From positions 1,123,226 to 1,187,225 of the forward strand of contig CAVSQV010000003.1 in the NCBI GenBank assembly GCA_963730155.1: 64,000 bases of DNA. The letters run 5' to 3'. The notes under the pieces were generated by a model, which searched no databases, was not told the origin of the DNA, and saw nothing but the letters and a program-made list of their open reading frames with translations. Made by a program: the position numbers and the translations under genes. Every line of letters begins with the position of its first letter. Position 1 is the stretch's first letter. Of the stretch, positions 9,824 to 18,943 are shown piece after piece. The stretch is from an uncultured Acidobacteriota bacterium (GTDB lineage: Bacteria > Acidobacteriota > Thermoanaerobaculia > Multivoradales > JBCCEF01).

Positions 9824-10276
9824 CTACTCCAGCGCGACCTGTTCGACCACCCAGGTGCCGGTGAGCCGGCCGCCGCGCGCGCGCACCTCGGCCTCCCACT
9901 CCCCCTCGGCCGCTCCCGCGCCCAGGCGGCCGCGCATGAAGCCGGTAAAGGGCACGCGGTAGAGCTCGGCACGGCCGGCGCCCTCGAAGGTGGCGTAGAA
10001 GTGATCGCCCTCGATGCGCCCCTCCATCTCGGCGGTGAACGGGGCGCCGTCGGCGGTCTCCCCCTCGATCGCGCCGGTCAGCTCGTCGCCCCGGGCGTCG
10101 ATCCGGAACTCGACCACGCCCGACAGGCTCCCGGCGAAGTCGCCGCGCCAGGTGCCGCGGTTGGGCGACGGCGCGCAGGCGGCGGAAGTCAGGGCGACGA
10201 GGGCGACGAGAGCCGCGGCGAACGGTCGGACGGATGGCCGACGGCCGAATCGTGGACGGGGCAGGGCGGCTTCCAT
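9824..10276 (-). CDS. Hypothetical lipoprotein
   Basis: Lipobox LTSAAC. Codon usage is consistent with neighbours. No family recognised. Confidence 0.55.
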   Translation of the reverse strand: MEAALPRPRFGRRPSVRPFAAALVALVALTSAACAPSPNRGTWRGDFAGSLSGVVEFRIDARGDELTGAIEGETADGAPFTAEMEGRIEGDHFYATFEGAGRAELYRVPFTGFMRGRLGAGAAEGEWEAEVRARGGRLTGTWVVEQVALE

Positions 10277-10292
10277 CGCTGGCGCTCCCTCC

Positions 10293-11387
10293 TCAGGCCA
10301 TCGCCGCGGCGCCGATCTCCGGGTGCGCGCGGGCGAAGGCGACCAGACGGTCGAAGTAGCTCGGCAGCGGCGGGCAGGCGATGCCGGTGCCGGCCAGGTC
10401 GCGCCGGGTGTGGTCGGTGGCGTAATCGGTCGGCTGCACGAAGTAGTCGACGGAGGCGGCGGGGATGCCCATCACCCGCTCGAGGAACGGCACATAGTCG
10501 AGCGCGCCCTTGGCCAGGCCGAGCGGCAGGGGGAGGCGCACGATCTTCCGTCCGGTCGCCCGCTCCGTCAGCTCGAGGATCTCGTCCACCGTCCGCGGCG
10601 CCGGGTCGGCGAGCTGGTAGACCACTCCCTTCGATCCGGCGAGCCCGCTCAGGTGCAGGGCGGCGGCGATCACGAAGTCGCTCGGGACGAAGTTGACCCG
10701 GTGCGCCGAGGTGTCGCCGACCACCGGCACCAGCGCCCGGCGCCCCTGGCGCAGCACCCAGCGGATCACGTAGTAGGGACCGTCGTACTTCTGGGTCTCG
10801 CCGGTGGCGCTGTCGCCGACCACGATCGCCGGCCGGTAGATCGTCACCGGCAGACCGCCGCGCATCCGCTCCTGGACCTCGACCTCGGCCAGGAACTTGG
10901 TCTCCTCGTAATAGTTGTTGAAGCGCTGGTCGACGTCGAGGTCGGTCTCGCGGTAGGTGCCCGGGTGGCAGCCGCTGACGAAGCAGGTCGAGACGTACTG
11001 GAAGCGCTCGAGCCCCGGGCAGGCGGCGGCGAGATCGAGGACGTTCCTGGTCCCCTCGAGGTTGACTCGGAGCGCCGGCTCGCGACGCACCGAGAGGTCG
11101 TAGATCGCCGCCAGGTGGTAGACCTCGACGGTCTCGGCCGCGAGCGCCGCCCGCTCCGCCGGCTCGAGGCCGAGCCCGGGCCGGGTGATGTCGCCTTCGA
11201 TCAGCCGGATGCGCCCGGCGAGGCCGGGGTGAGCGGCCTCCAACTCGCCGGCGCGCGCCCGCGCCAGCTCGGCGAACTTGCCCTGGACCAGGCAGACCGC
11301 CCGCGCGCCCTCGCGGCGCTGGACCACACCGGGGAGGAGGCGGGAGCCGAGGAAGCCGGGGAAGCCGGTGAAGAAGATGACGGCCAT
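10293..11387 (-). CDS. SDR-family NAD(P)-dependent reductase, thioester/acyl-CoA-reductase-like
   Basis: N-terminal FFTGFPGFLGSRLL Rossmann motif, then YxxxK (NNYYEETK). 364 aa. Confidence 0.8.
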   Translation of the reverse strand: MAVIFFTGFPGFLGSRLLPGVVQRREGARAVCLVQGKFAELARARAGELEAAHPGLAGRIRLIEGDITRPGLGLEPAERAALAAETVEVYHLAAIYDLSVRREPALRVNLEGTRNVLDLAAACPGLERFQYVSTCFVSGCHPGTYRETDLDVDQRFNNYYEETKFLAEVEVQERMRGGLPVTIYRPAIVVGDSATGETQKYDGPYYVIRWVLRQGRRALVPVVGDTSAHRVNFVPSDFVIAAALHLSGLAGSKGVVYQLADPAPRTVDEILELTERATGRKIVRLPLPLGLAKGALDYVPFLERVMGIPAASVDYFVQPTDYATDHTRRDLAGTGIACPPLPSYFDRLVAFARAHPEIGAAAMA

Positions 11388-11429
11388 GCGAGCCCTCCGA
11401 CGTCCGGCCTACCGGACGCCGACCGTCAT

Positions 11430-11459
11430 CTTATGGCGGGCGGGCTTATGGCGGGCGGA
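11430..11459. repeat. 15-nt tandem direct repeat (x2) between the operon terminator and the SDR gene
   Basis: cttatggcgggcggg followed by cttatggcgggcgga (29/30 identical). Confidence 0.6.
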
Positions 11460-11474
11460 CCCACCGCGTGCGAG

Positions 11475-11514
11475 GTCCCACCCGATGCCCCCGGCAGGGG
11501 CCTTCGGGTGGGAC
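11475..11514 (-). terminator. Long compound hairpin downstream of the 12554..11536 two-gene operon
   Basis: gtcccacccga ... tcgggtgggac forms an 11-bp outer stem that encloses gcccc/ggggc. Confidence 0.5.
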
Positions 11515-11535
11515 GTCGCCCTGACGGGTCGCGGA

Positions 11536-11988
11536 CTAGCGATCGGCGAGGCGGACGGAGAGCAGCCGGACCTCGAAGCCCGGCTCCTCGGCCCGCGCCA
11601 GCGCCGCGGCCGGCACGGCGATCTTCTCGCCGTGGGCGATCTCGCGGTCCTCGATCCACTCGCCGTTCTTGGCCTCGGCGGCACGGCTGGACTCGAGCCG
11701 GTAGAACGCCAGGCGCGTCGCATCGCCGCGGAGCGAGATCGCCTCCGCCGCGATCCCCACGGTGGTCCCGCGGGGCGACAGCCGTACCGTGCCCATCTCG
11801 CCTTCCCGGATCAGCAGTCTGCCGATGACCTGGTCGCCCTGGCTCACCTCGAGGGCGATCGCATCCAGGCCGCGCGTGTCGACGCCGGCGAAGGCGTCCG
11901 CTCCGCCGCCCGCGAGGGCGCCGAAGGCGAAGGGGGTGATCAGGCCAACGGCCAGCGCCGCCGCAAGCACGATTCTCTTCAGGCGCAT
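11536..11988 (-). CDS. Secreted hypothetical protein, paralog of the upstream gene without the Cys tail
   Basis: Starts MRLKRIVLAAALAVGL (signal peptide). AGGAGGAG lies upstream of the ATG at 11988. Start is internal to ORF 11536..12081. Confidence 0.6.
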   Translation of the reverse strand: MRLKRIVLAAALAVGLITPFAFGALAGGGADAFAGVDTRGLDAIALEVSQGDQVIGRLLIREGEMGTVRLSPRGTTVGIAAEAISLRGDATRLAFYRLESSRAAEAKNGEWIEDREIAHGEKIAVPAAALARAEEPGFEVRLLSVRLADR

Positions 11989-12002
11989 TTTTTTCTCTCC
12001 TC

Positions 12003-12554
12003 CTAGAACGAGCAGCATACCCCACACGACATGTGGACGCAGAACGCACAGATCTCGGCCTCGCCACATGTGATGCAGCACTGGATCGGTCGGAGTGGGG
12101 AATCGCTGCCGGTCAGCGGTGCGGGGATGGTGATCTCACGCAGCTCCACGGGCTCGATCTGGATCGTCCGCCCGAAGGTCGCCGCCGTCGCCGAGCCCTC
12201 GCCGACCGCCGGCAGGGGCACGACCTCGATCAGGTTCGCGAGATCCGCGCCTTCCGTCCGGATCCGCTCGTAGACCTCGATGGCGACCGGCCGCACACCC
12301 TCACCCGTGGCCGGAGCCAGCGTCGGCACGAGCTGGAGGACGCTTCCTGCCCGGGTACGCACCTGGGTCGGCTCGCCGACCAGCGCCGTGGCCTGGAACA
12401 TCTCGCCATCGACGCTCATGCGCAGCACGATCGCCTGACGGACCGTCTCGCCCCCGGCGCCGACCTTCTCGGTGGCCCCCGCCCCGGTGACCGCGACGAG
12501 GCTTAGCGCCAACGCCGCGGAGTGCGCGAGCAGGGATCTCCTGTTCTGTCGCAT
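12003..12554 (-). CDS. Secreted hypothetical protein with an 8-Cys C-terminal tail
   Basis: Starts MRQNRRSLLAHSAALALSLVAVTGAGA (signal peptide) and ends PIQCCITCGEAEICAFCVHMSCGVCCSF. GGAGGAGG lies upstream of the ATG at 12554. Confidence 0.65.
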   Translation of the reverse strand: MRQNRRSLLAHSAALALSLVAVTGAGATEKVGAGGETVRQAIVLRMSVDGEMFQATALVGEPTQVRTRAGSVLQLVPTLAPATGEGVRPVAIEVYERIRTEGADLANLIEVVPLPAVGEGSATAATFGRTIQIEPVELREITIPAPLTGSDSPLRPIQCCITCGEAEICAFCVHMSCGVCCSF

Positions 12555-12790
12555 GTACCTCCTCCCCTGTATTCTGAGGTTCTTGCTTTGGGATTCAACC
12601 AACACTACGCGAGATCTGTTCAGGAGTAAAGTGCGGATCGCTCACGGCTTGGGGACATCTCCGGACGCGCCGAGGCAGTGGCGAAGAGATCCCCGAATCT
12701 CTACAATGCGTCCCGGATCCGTGCGATCCGGGCGCACCCGAGCAGAGCCCGGACCGCCTCCCAAGGCCGACCGTCACAAGGAGGATCGCG

Positions 12791-13255
12791 ATGTCCGATT
12801 CGAGCTGGCCCGCTTCCCGCTTGCTGGTGCTCGCCCTGGCTTTCGCGCTGGGTTGCGGCGGGCGAGACGCACCGCCCGCCGAGCCAGCCGCAGCCGAGCC
12901 AGCCGACACGACGCCCGCGGCAGCGGCGCCCGAGGAGGTCCGGCGGTACGTGCTCGTCGTCACTTCCCAGGCCACCGACTTCAGCGCCGAGGGGACGATC
13001 GAGGAGGGGCAACTCTTTACGGTCGCCGAGGACGAGGGCGAGGGCCTCGGCTTCCGGCCGACCGGGATCGAGGAGAAGGAACCGGGCCAGCGGCTGGTCG
13101 CGCTCGACGTAGTGCTCCTCCACGGGGCGGGCACCGACGGCCGAATCGAGGAGCCCCTGACGAGCCTGCTGGTGGTCGAGGGCGGCACGGCCACCGTCGA
13201 CCCCGGCGACGACGAGGGGACCTTCACGGTCCAGGTCGCCACCGAGGGCACATAG
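12791..13255 (+). CDS. Hypothetical lipoprotein
   Basis: Lipobox LAFALGCGG. AAGGAGG lies upstream of the ATG. 154 aa. Confidence 0.6.
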   Translation: MSDSSWPASRLLVLALAFALGCGGRDAPPAEPAAAEPADTTPAAAAPEEVRRYVLVVTSQATDFSAEGTIEEGQLFTVAEDEGEGLGFRPTGIEEKEPGQRLVALDVVLLHGAGTDGRIEEPLTSLLVVEGGTATVDPGDDEGTFTVQVATEGT

Positions 13256-13280
13256 ACCCCCTGAGCGGGGGCGGCGGGCC

Positions 13281-14072
13281 TCAAGGCTCGCCCCCCGGGG
13301 TGCCGGCCGGTGGGGCGGCGGTCCCGGGACCGCCGCCCGCGAGGATGATCCTCGAGAGCTCGACCCGCAGGCTCCCGACGTCCGGCGGGCCTTCGACCTC
13401 ACCCACCTCGCCTTCGCGCAGATCGAGCGTGGCCGGCGGCCGCGAGCCCGCCATCGGGAGGAGGATCAGCCGAGCCCGCCGCTGCTCCGGGTCCGTGACC
13501 TCCGCCCACAGGCGGAGCGCCCCCGCTCCCGGCAGCCGCAGCACCGCGCTCTCGGTCTCCGAGATCCGGAGCGTCGCCGGCGCGTCGAGGCCGGGATGGG
13601 AGACCACGACCACCACCGCCGGCCCGACGACGACGTCGACGGGGTCCGTCCTCAGCGGGGTCGGGAAGACCGGCAGGCTCGACGGCTCATCCTCGATGCG
13701 CCTCCGGATCAGGCCGTCGGCATCGCGGATCACGCCGGCATCGAGGAAGAAGTCGAGCAGGTCCGCCATCGCGATCTTGCTCTCGGACCTCGCCGCCGCG
13801 ACGATCAGGTTCCCCTCCATCTCCATCTGCTGGAGGCGGCGGTTCTCGCAGCCCCCGAACCACTGCGTGGCGATCGCGACAAGGATCACCGCTCCCGCCG
13901 TGATGATCGCGTTCGTGGGCCACCGGCTCTCGCGCTCCTTCGCCTTGACCTCCAGCTCCCTAGCCTGGACCTCGCGCGAGCGCAGCTCGAGCTCGCGGCG
14001 GAGCAAGGCCGCCTCGGCCTCGAACTTCCTCTCCTCGAGGGAGGGTTCCGGCGGCGGCTCGTCGGCGCTCAT
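13281..14072 (-). CDS. Membrane-anchored hypothetical protein (coiled coil, one TM segment, extracytoplasmic domain)
   Basis: The charged heptad-like N-terminus (EERKFEAEAALLRRELELRSREVQARELEVKAKE) is followed by a hydrophobic segment, AIITAGAVILVAIATQWF. Confidence 0.6.
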   Translation of the reverse strand: MSADEPPPEPSLEERKFEAEAALLRRELELRSREVQARELEVKAKERESRWPTNAIITAGAVILVAIATQWFGGCENRRLQQMEMEGNLIVAAARSESKIAMADLLDFFLDAGVIRDADGLIRRRIEDEPSSLPVFPTPLRTDPVDVVVGPAVVVVVSHPGLDAPATLRISETESAVLRLPGAGALRLWAEVTDPEQRRARLILLPMAGSRPPATLDLREGEVGEVEGPPDVGSLRVELSRIILAGGGPGTAAPPAGTPGGEP

Positions 14073-14157
14073 CGATCGCGGGGGATTCGGTCGCGGGGTG
14101 GGTTGCGCATCGAGGATATGAAGGTCTCGACCTCTCGGTCAAGAGTATACGCGACCA

Positions 14158-16098
14158 CTATCGAGGAGGGGGACCATCCCCGATCGCCCTCCCCTCGAGC
14201 CGCACCTCGCTGCGGCCGCCGGAGCCATCGTGCCGCAGCACCAGGACCGCCCGGCGCCGGCCGGGGGCGGTGGGGGTGAAGCGGACGCCGACGGTGCAGT
14301 CGCCGCCCGGGGCGACGAAGCCGGCGCAGGAGCCGGGGACCAGCTGGAAGTCGCCGGTGTGCTCCCCCTCGATCGCGGTGCCGGCGAGCCGGAGGCGGCC
14401 GTCGCCGGCGTTGACCAGGGTGGCGTCGCGGATGCCGCTGCGGCCGCCGGTCCGCTGCTCGCCGAAGTCGAGCGCGGCCGGCTCGACGCGGGCGCGGGGG
14501 GCGGCCGGCGGCGGCGGCTCGATCGCCTCGCCGGCGAGCTGGACCTCGAGCCGGCCGGCGGCGGCGGGCTCGACCACCAGGCGGGCGAAGCGCTCCCCGC
14601 GCGCGGTCGGGACGAAGCGGACCGTGAGCAGACAGGAAGCTCCGGGCGCCAGCTCGGTCCCCTCGCGGCAGGCGCCCGCGGGCTGGAAGTCGCCGGCGTC
14701 GGCGCCCTCGACCGCGATCCGGCGCAGGGTCAGCGGCACGCGCACCGGGTTGCTGACGGTCAGCTCGCGCTCGGCGCCGGCGCCGGCGCGCACCCGCCCG
14801 AAGTCGAGCCGCGCCGGCTCGACCGCGAGCCGCACCCCCTCGCCGCCGCCCGCGAGCCGCAGCCACGGGCCGGGCCGGCCGCCGGCCAGCTCGACGCGGA
14901 GCGGCGTCTCGGCGGCGCCCGCCGCGCGCGGGGTGAAGGCGACGGCGACCGCGCACGAGCGCCCGGGCCCGAGCGCGGCGCCGCCGCAGCCGTCCTCGAC
15001 GACCCGGAAGCCGAGGTCGCGAGCCGCCGGCCGCACCGCCGAGATCTCGACCGGCGCCCCGCCGCGGTTGGTCACCGTCAGCCGGCGGGTCTGGGGATCG
15101 CCGCCCACCGCCAGGGTGCCGAAGTCGAGGCTCTCGGGCGAGAAGGCGAGCGCCGCCGCCTCGAGGACGCCGGTGCCCGCCAATCCGACCAGCGGCGCCG
15201 GCCCGGCGGCGTCGGTCAGCACCCGCGCGCTCGCCCGCCGCTCCCCCGCCGCCCGAGGCGTGAAGACCAGCGTCACGGCGCAGCTCTCTTCGGGCGCGAG
15301 CGTGCGCCCCGCGCAGCGGCCGCCGGCGGCGAAGTCGGCCGCCGCCGCCCCCTCGACCTCGACTGCGACGACCTCGAGCGGCGCCGTGCCCCGGTTCTCG
15401 ACCGTCACCGCTTCGGGCGGCGACGAGCTGCCGATCTCGCGCGCCTCGAACGCCACCTCGCCGCGCGAGACGGCCAGCCGGGCGGCCGCCCCGGCGCCGA
15501 GGAGCGGCACCGCGAGCGGCGCGTTGGCGGCGCGGGCGGCGACCTCGACTACTGCGCGGCGCGACCCCTCGGCGCCGGGCTCGAAGCCGATCGAGAGCGC
15601 GCACTCCTCGCCGGCGCCCAGCCGCGCGCCGGTGCAGCGGTCGTCGATCACCGCGAAGTCGGCGGCCTCGGCTCCGGACACCGTCACGCCGCCGATCGCC
15701 AGCTCGCGCCCGCCGCCGTTGGCGAGCCGCAGCTCGAGCGGCTCGGCGGCGCCGCCCAGACGCTCCGCGCCGAAGTCGAGCAGGCTCGCCGAGGCGCGCA
15801 CCAGCGGCGGTGCCGGGCGCAGCCACCAGCCGGCGGCGAGGGCGGCCGCGATCACCGCCGCGGCGAGCGCGATCCGGGGGACGGCGCTCCGGCGCCCCGC
15901 CGGCCGGCCCGCCGCCGGCCGGTCGGGCGCGGGAACGGGCTCGGCGGCACGCCGCCGCGGACGCTCGCGCGGCTGGACGGCGGGCAGCGGCTGATCGCCG
16001 TGGGCGTGGCCCAGGGGCAGGTCGACCGGCGAGTCTCCGCCGCCCGCACCGGGCTCCTCCGCCGGTCCCATCCGGATGCGTTCTCGATCGCGGTCCAA
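14158..16098 (-). CDS. Choice-of-anchor D / ASH-like repeat protein, N-terminal TM anchor, about five tandem modules
   Basis: The pattern L(D/A)FG...N.G...L.I..V...G..A.DF......C.G..L.PG.SC.V.V.F.P...G.R is repeated about five times. Confidence 0.75.
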   Translation of the reverse strand: MDRDRERIRMGPAEEPGAGGGDSPVDLPLGHAHGDQPLPAVQPRERPRRRAAEPVPAPDRPAAGRPAGRRSAVPRIALAAAVIAAALAAGWWLRPAPPLVRASASLLDFGAERLGGAAEPLELRLANGGGRELAIGGVTVSGAEAADFAVIDDRCTGARLGAGEECALSIGFEPGAEGSRRAVVEVAARAANAPLAVPLLGAGAAARLAVSRGEVAFEAREIGSSSPPEAVTVENRGTAPLEVVAVEVEGAAAADFAAGGRCAGRTLAPEESCAVTLVFTPRAAGERRASARVLTDAAGPAPLVGLAGTGVLEAAALAFSPESLDFGTLAVGGDPQTRRLTVTNRGGAPVEISAVRPAARDLGFRVVEDGCGGAALGPGRSCAVAVAFTPRAAGAAETPLRVELAGGRPGPWLRLAGGGEGVRLAVEPARLDFGRVRAGAGAERELTVSNPVRVPLTLRRIAVEGADAGDFQPAGACREGTELAPGASCLLTVRFVPTARGERFARLVVEPAAAGRLEVQLAGEAIEPPPPAAPRARVEPAALDFGEQRTGGRSGIRDATLVNAGDGRLRLAGTAIEGEHTGDFQLVPGSCAGFVAPGGDCTVGVRFTPTAPGRRRAVLVLRHDGSGGRSEVRLEGRAIGDGPPPR

Positions 16099-16163
16099 GG
16101 CTCTCCTTCGGCCGACCTGTCTATCACGCCCCTGGAAGTGTACGGCGCGGTTCCCCGGCCGTC

Positions 16164-17984
16164 TCAGTCCGCCGGCGGCCGGACCAGCACCCGGCCCGGG
16201 CGGTCGCGCAACTCGACGGTCATCTCGCCGAGGCCGGCCGGCGCACCCGGCGGCGCCGAGACGTCGACCGACAGCTCGTAGTGGCCGGCCAGAGTGCGGG
16301 CCAGGCGGCGGGTGACCTGGCCGGCGAAGGTGTGGGTCTTGTCGTAGGTGCCGCCGGTCTCCTCGGCGATCGCGCGCAGCCCCATTTCGAGGTCGTGGTA
16401 CTCGGCGTCGGTGACGTCGAGCACGAACACCGAGGCGCGCGCCGCCGCCAGCGCCGCCACCGCCTCGGCATGGCCCGGATTGCGGCGAACGACGCCGCGG
16501 TCGAGCCGGCCGAGCCCCCAGCCGAGCCAGATCACCGCCTTCTCGCCGGGCAGGGCGACCAGCGCCTCGGCGGTCATCTCGAGCCCGCGCTCGGCGGTCG
16601 CCACCGCCATCGCCACCCGCGGGTCCCAGCGCTCGCCGAGCCCCGGGCCGTCAGGGCGCCGGCCCGCCGGCCGGCCGCCGAAGTACGCGGCCCGTTCGAG
16701 CGCCTCGTACACGGCGTCGCGGTCGCCGGTGAAGTCCTGCCACAGCTTGAGGTGCGAGTCGAAGGAGACCACCGCCAGCCGGTCATCCGCCGGCAGCGCC
16801 TCGATCAGCTCGCGGGCGAACGGAAGCTGCTTGAACTGGCCGCGCAGGCGGATCGCCTGCGGGTCGGTCTGGACGAACAGCAGCACCAGCCGGCCCGCCG
16901 GCCCGGCGCCGCCGTCGGCTCCCTCGCCGCCCGGCCGCCGCGGCGCGCCCATACCGTTGCCGGCCTCGTCGTCCGCGGCACCGCCGGCGGCGACCCAGTC
17001 CACGGCCACCACCGGCAGCTCCCGCCGCCCGGCGCCGCGCCCGGCGTGGACGACGAAGTCGGCGGCGCCGAGACCGGGGATCGGGTCGCCCGAGCGGTCG
17101 AGCGCCCGCACCACCAGAGTGCGCAGCGCCACCTCGATGGACTCGCCGAAGCCGGCCTGGGGATCCGCGCCGCCGGACCCCTGCGCCGGCGCCGGCGCCG
17201 AAGGCTCCCAGCGCTCGACCCGGCGGCTGCCGGGCGGCGGCGCGTAGGCGACCTCGCCGGCGGCCGGCGGCGACCCCGGCCGGTGGCTGACCCGCCATCG
17301 GATCGCCGCGCCGCCCGAGAGCGTCGCCGCGCCCGGCGGACCCGGCGCCGGGAGCGCCGGCGCCAAGAGCTCGACCTCGGCCTCGAAGATCAGCAGCCGC
17401 TCGCGCTCGATCACGAGCCGGGAGCGGACCGCGCCGCCGTCGAACGCCAGCGTCAGCACCCAACACTCGGCGCCGTCGCCGCACGGCTCCGGGCCGTCGA
17501 CCGCCGCCGCCGAGGGGTCGGCGAGCGGCGCCGAGCTGCCCGCGAGGAGCGCCGGCACGGCGAGGGCGTCGAGCCCGCCGGAGCCGAGGCCGGCGGCCCC
17601 GGGCAGCCCCGCGACCGCCGCCGCCGCCGACCCGAAGGCGAGCCGCTGCCCGCGGGCGGGGTCGTAGATGCCGCCGTCACCGGCATCGCCCCAGAGCACC
17701 CGCTCGCCGCCGGCGGCATCGCGCAGGACGAGGCGGAGGGCGCCGCCGGCCGCCGCGGTCTCGAAGTGCCAACGACGGACCGTGGTCTCGCCGCCGGCGT
17801 TCTCGGTTCGCTCGATCTCGCCCTCGTCGCGGTAGGCCGGCAGGGCACGGTAGGCGCGCTCGACCGCCGCCCTCAGCTCCGCGGGCGAGGGGACCCGCTC
17901 CTCGGCGGGCGCCGCCGTCCCGGCCGCCGAGGTGGCGGCGAGCACGGCGAGGGTGGCGAGCACGGCGGCGGCGCGGGCGCTCAC
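16164..17984 (-). CDS. VWA-domain protein of the TIGR03436-like type, with a LolA-like N-terminal domain; start uncertain
   Basis: VLLFVQTD...DRLAVVSFDSHLKLWQDFT...VFVLDV...ETGGTY. A signal-peptide-like segment follows the GTG at 17984. The ATG given by the ORF track (18149) would overrun the divergent vapB promoter. Confidence 0.7.
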   Translation of the reverse strand: MSARAAAVLATLAVLAATSAAGTAAPAEERVPSPAELRAAVERAYRALPAYRDEGEIERTENAGGETTVRRWHFETAAAGGALRLVLRDAAGGERVLWGDAGDGGIYDPARGQRLAFGSAAAAVAGLPGAAGLGSGGLDALAVPALLAGSSAPLADPSAAAVDGPEPCGDGAECWVLTLAFDGGAVRSRLVIERERLLIFEAEVELLAPALPAPGPPGAATLSGGAAIRWRVSHRPGSPPAAGEVAYAPPPGSRRVERWEPSAPAPAQGSGGADPQAGFGESIEVALRTLVVRALDRSGDPIPGLGAADFVVHAGRGAGRRELPVVAVDWVAAGGAADDEAGNGMGAPRRPGGEGADGGAGPAGRLVLLFVQTDPQAIRLRGQFKQLPFARELIEALPADDRLAVVSFDSHLKLWQDFTGDRDAVYEALERAAYFGGRPAGRRPDGPGLGERWDPRVAMAVATAERGLEMTAEALVALPGEKAVIWLGWGLGRLDRGVVRRNPGHAEAVAALAAARASVFVLDVTDAEYHDLEMGLRAIAEETGGTYDKTHTFAGQVTRRLARTLAGHYELSVDVSAPPGAPAGLGEMTVELRDRPGRVLVRPPAD

Positions 17985-18096
17985 CGGCCGGTCCCGGTCC
18001 CGCTCGGGCAGCGCCCCTTCTCTGGGTCCGTTGCGCTCCACGCCCAGACTCTCTATCACGGTCCCCGATGCCGAGGGGCGCCGGCGTTGCAGCGTC

Positions 18097-18125
18097 TTGA
18101 CGGCTCCAGGCTCTACATACAGAAT
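18097..18125 (+). promoter_or_regulatory. Sigma70-like promoter for vapBC-2; implies a leaderless antitoxin mRNA
   Basis: TTGACG, a 17-nt spacer, then CAGAAT. The vapB ATG begins 8 nt after the -10 element and no SD sequence lies between them. Confidence 0.4.
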
Positions 18126-18132
18126 TGCATGC

Positions 18133-18384
18133 ATGAGCACCAAGACCATCGCCGTCGATTCGCAGGTCTACGAGCGCTTGGCACGGGTGAAGCGGGAGGG
18201 GGAGTCGTTCTCCAGGGCGATCGACCGGATCCTCGAGGAGGTCGGCGCCGTGCACACCGGGAGAGACGTCCTCCGGGCTCTCGAAGGCGTCGTTCCACTA
18301 CCGGAGGCGGATGCCGCGGTCATGCTGGCCATCGTGGAGGAGAACCGGGCCGACGAGGCCTGGGAGCGACGTGATCTGCGTTGA
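18133..18384 (+). CDS. vapB: VapB-type antitoxin (PF02697-like 'putative antitoxin')
   Basis: 83 aa starting MSTKTIAVDSQVYERLARVKREGESFSRAIDRILEE. Overlaps the PIN gene by 14 nt. Confidence 0.75.
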   Translation: MSTKTIAVDSQVYERLARVKREGESFSRAIDRILEEVGAVHTGRDVLRALEGVVPLPEADAAVMLAIVEENRADEAWERRDLR

Positions 18385-18772
18385 CACGACCTTCCTGGTC
18401 GATTTGTGGCGGGAGAAGGCGCTCGCGGCCTCGGCGCCCAGGAAGCTGCTGGCTGAGCACGCCGGCGAGGAGTTCGCGGTCCCGGCGCATGCGGCCGGCG
18501 AGTTCCTCGAGGGCGGAGCGGCGGTGTCGCCGCAGAGGCTCGCCGACTCGCTCGCGTTCCTACGGCTCTTCCGGGTCGGGGAGGTCGGCGTGGAGACCGC
18601 GCTGCGGTATGCCAGGATCGTGGCGCAACTGCGCGGAGCCACGGCGCTCACCGGTCGCTCGAAGCCCGATCTGTGGATCGCGGCCTGGGCCGCCGAGCAC
18701 TCGGCACCGCTCGCCACACGGAACGTGAAGCACTTCCAGGACATCCCGGATCTCCACCTGATCGCCTATTGA
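18371..18772 (+). CDS. vapC: PIN-domain toxin VapC
   Basis: Starts VICVDTTFLVDLWRE and ends ...PLATRNVKHFQDIPDL. 133 aa from a GTG start. Confidence 0.85.
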   Translation: MICVDTTFLVDLWREKALAASAPRKLLAEHAGEEFAVPAHAAGEFLEGGAAVSPQRLADSLAFLRLFRVGEVGVETALRYARIVAQLRGATALTGRSKPDLWIAAWAAEHSAPLATRNVKHFQDIPDLHLIAY

Positions 18773-18943
18773 TCCGGCCCGTGCCCGCCCGGGAGTCCCG
18801 CTCTCCCCGGTCCGGGTTCGCCTCGAATTTCCGCGTCCCGGGCTCTAGCGACCCTCCGTCTCCCCCACGGCGCACGCCGGTCACATCGCCTTCACACCCG
18901 GGCGCTAGGTTGACCGGCGCTACCGATGAGGAGGAGAGCCTCG

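Noticed and set aside
14069-16281. Very long alternative-frame and antisense ORFs. Examples are 14069..15826(-), 14230..16281(+) and 14270..15994(+). The same kind appear elsewhere: 15810..18374, 18920..21310, 20799..22814, 32206..35820 (upstream part), 42651..44858, 47495..49255, 51755..53575 and 56514..59501.
   Set aside because: Their translations are Arg/Pro/Gly/Ala low-complexity strings. They overlap genes with clear family signatures in another frame. Such stop-free shadow ORFs are expected in very GC-rich DNA.
18773-18943. A Pho box upstream of the choice-of-anchor I / phoA pair.
   Set aside because: I could not find a CTGTCAT-type direct repeat by eye.
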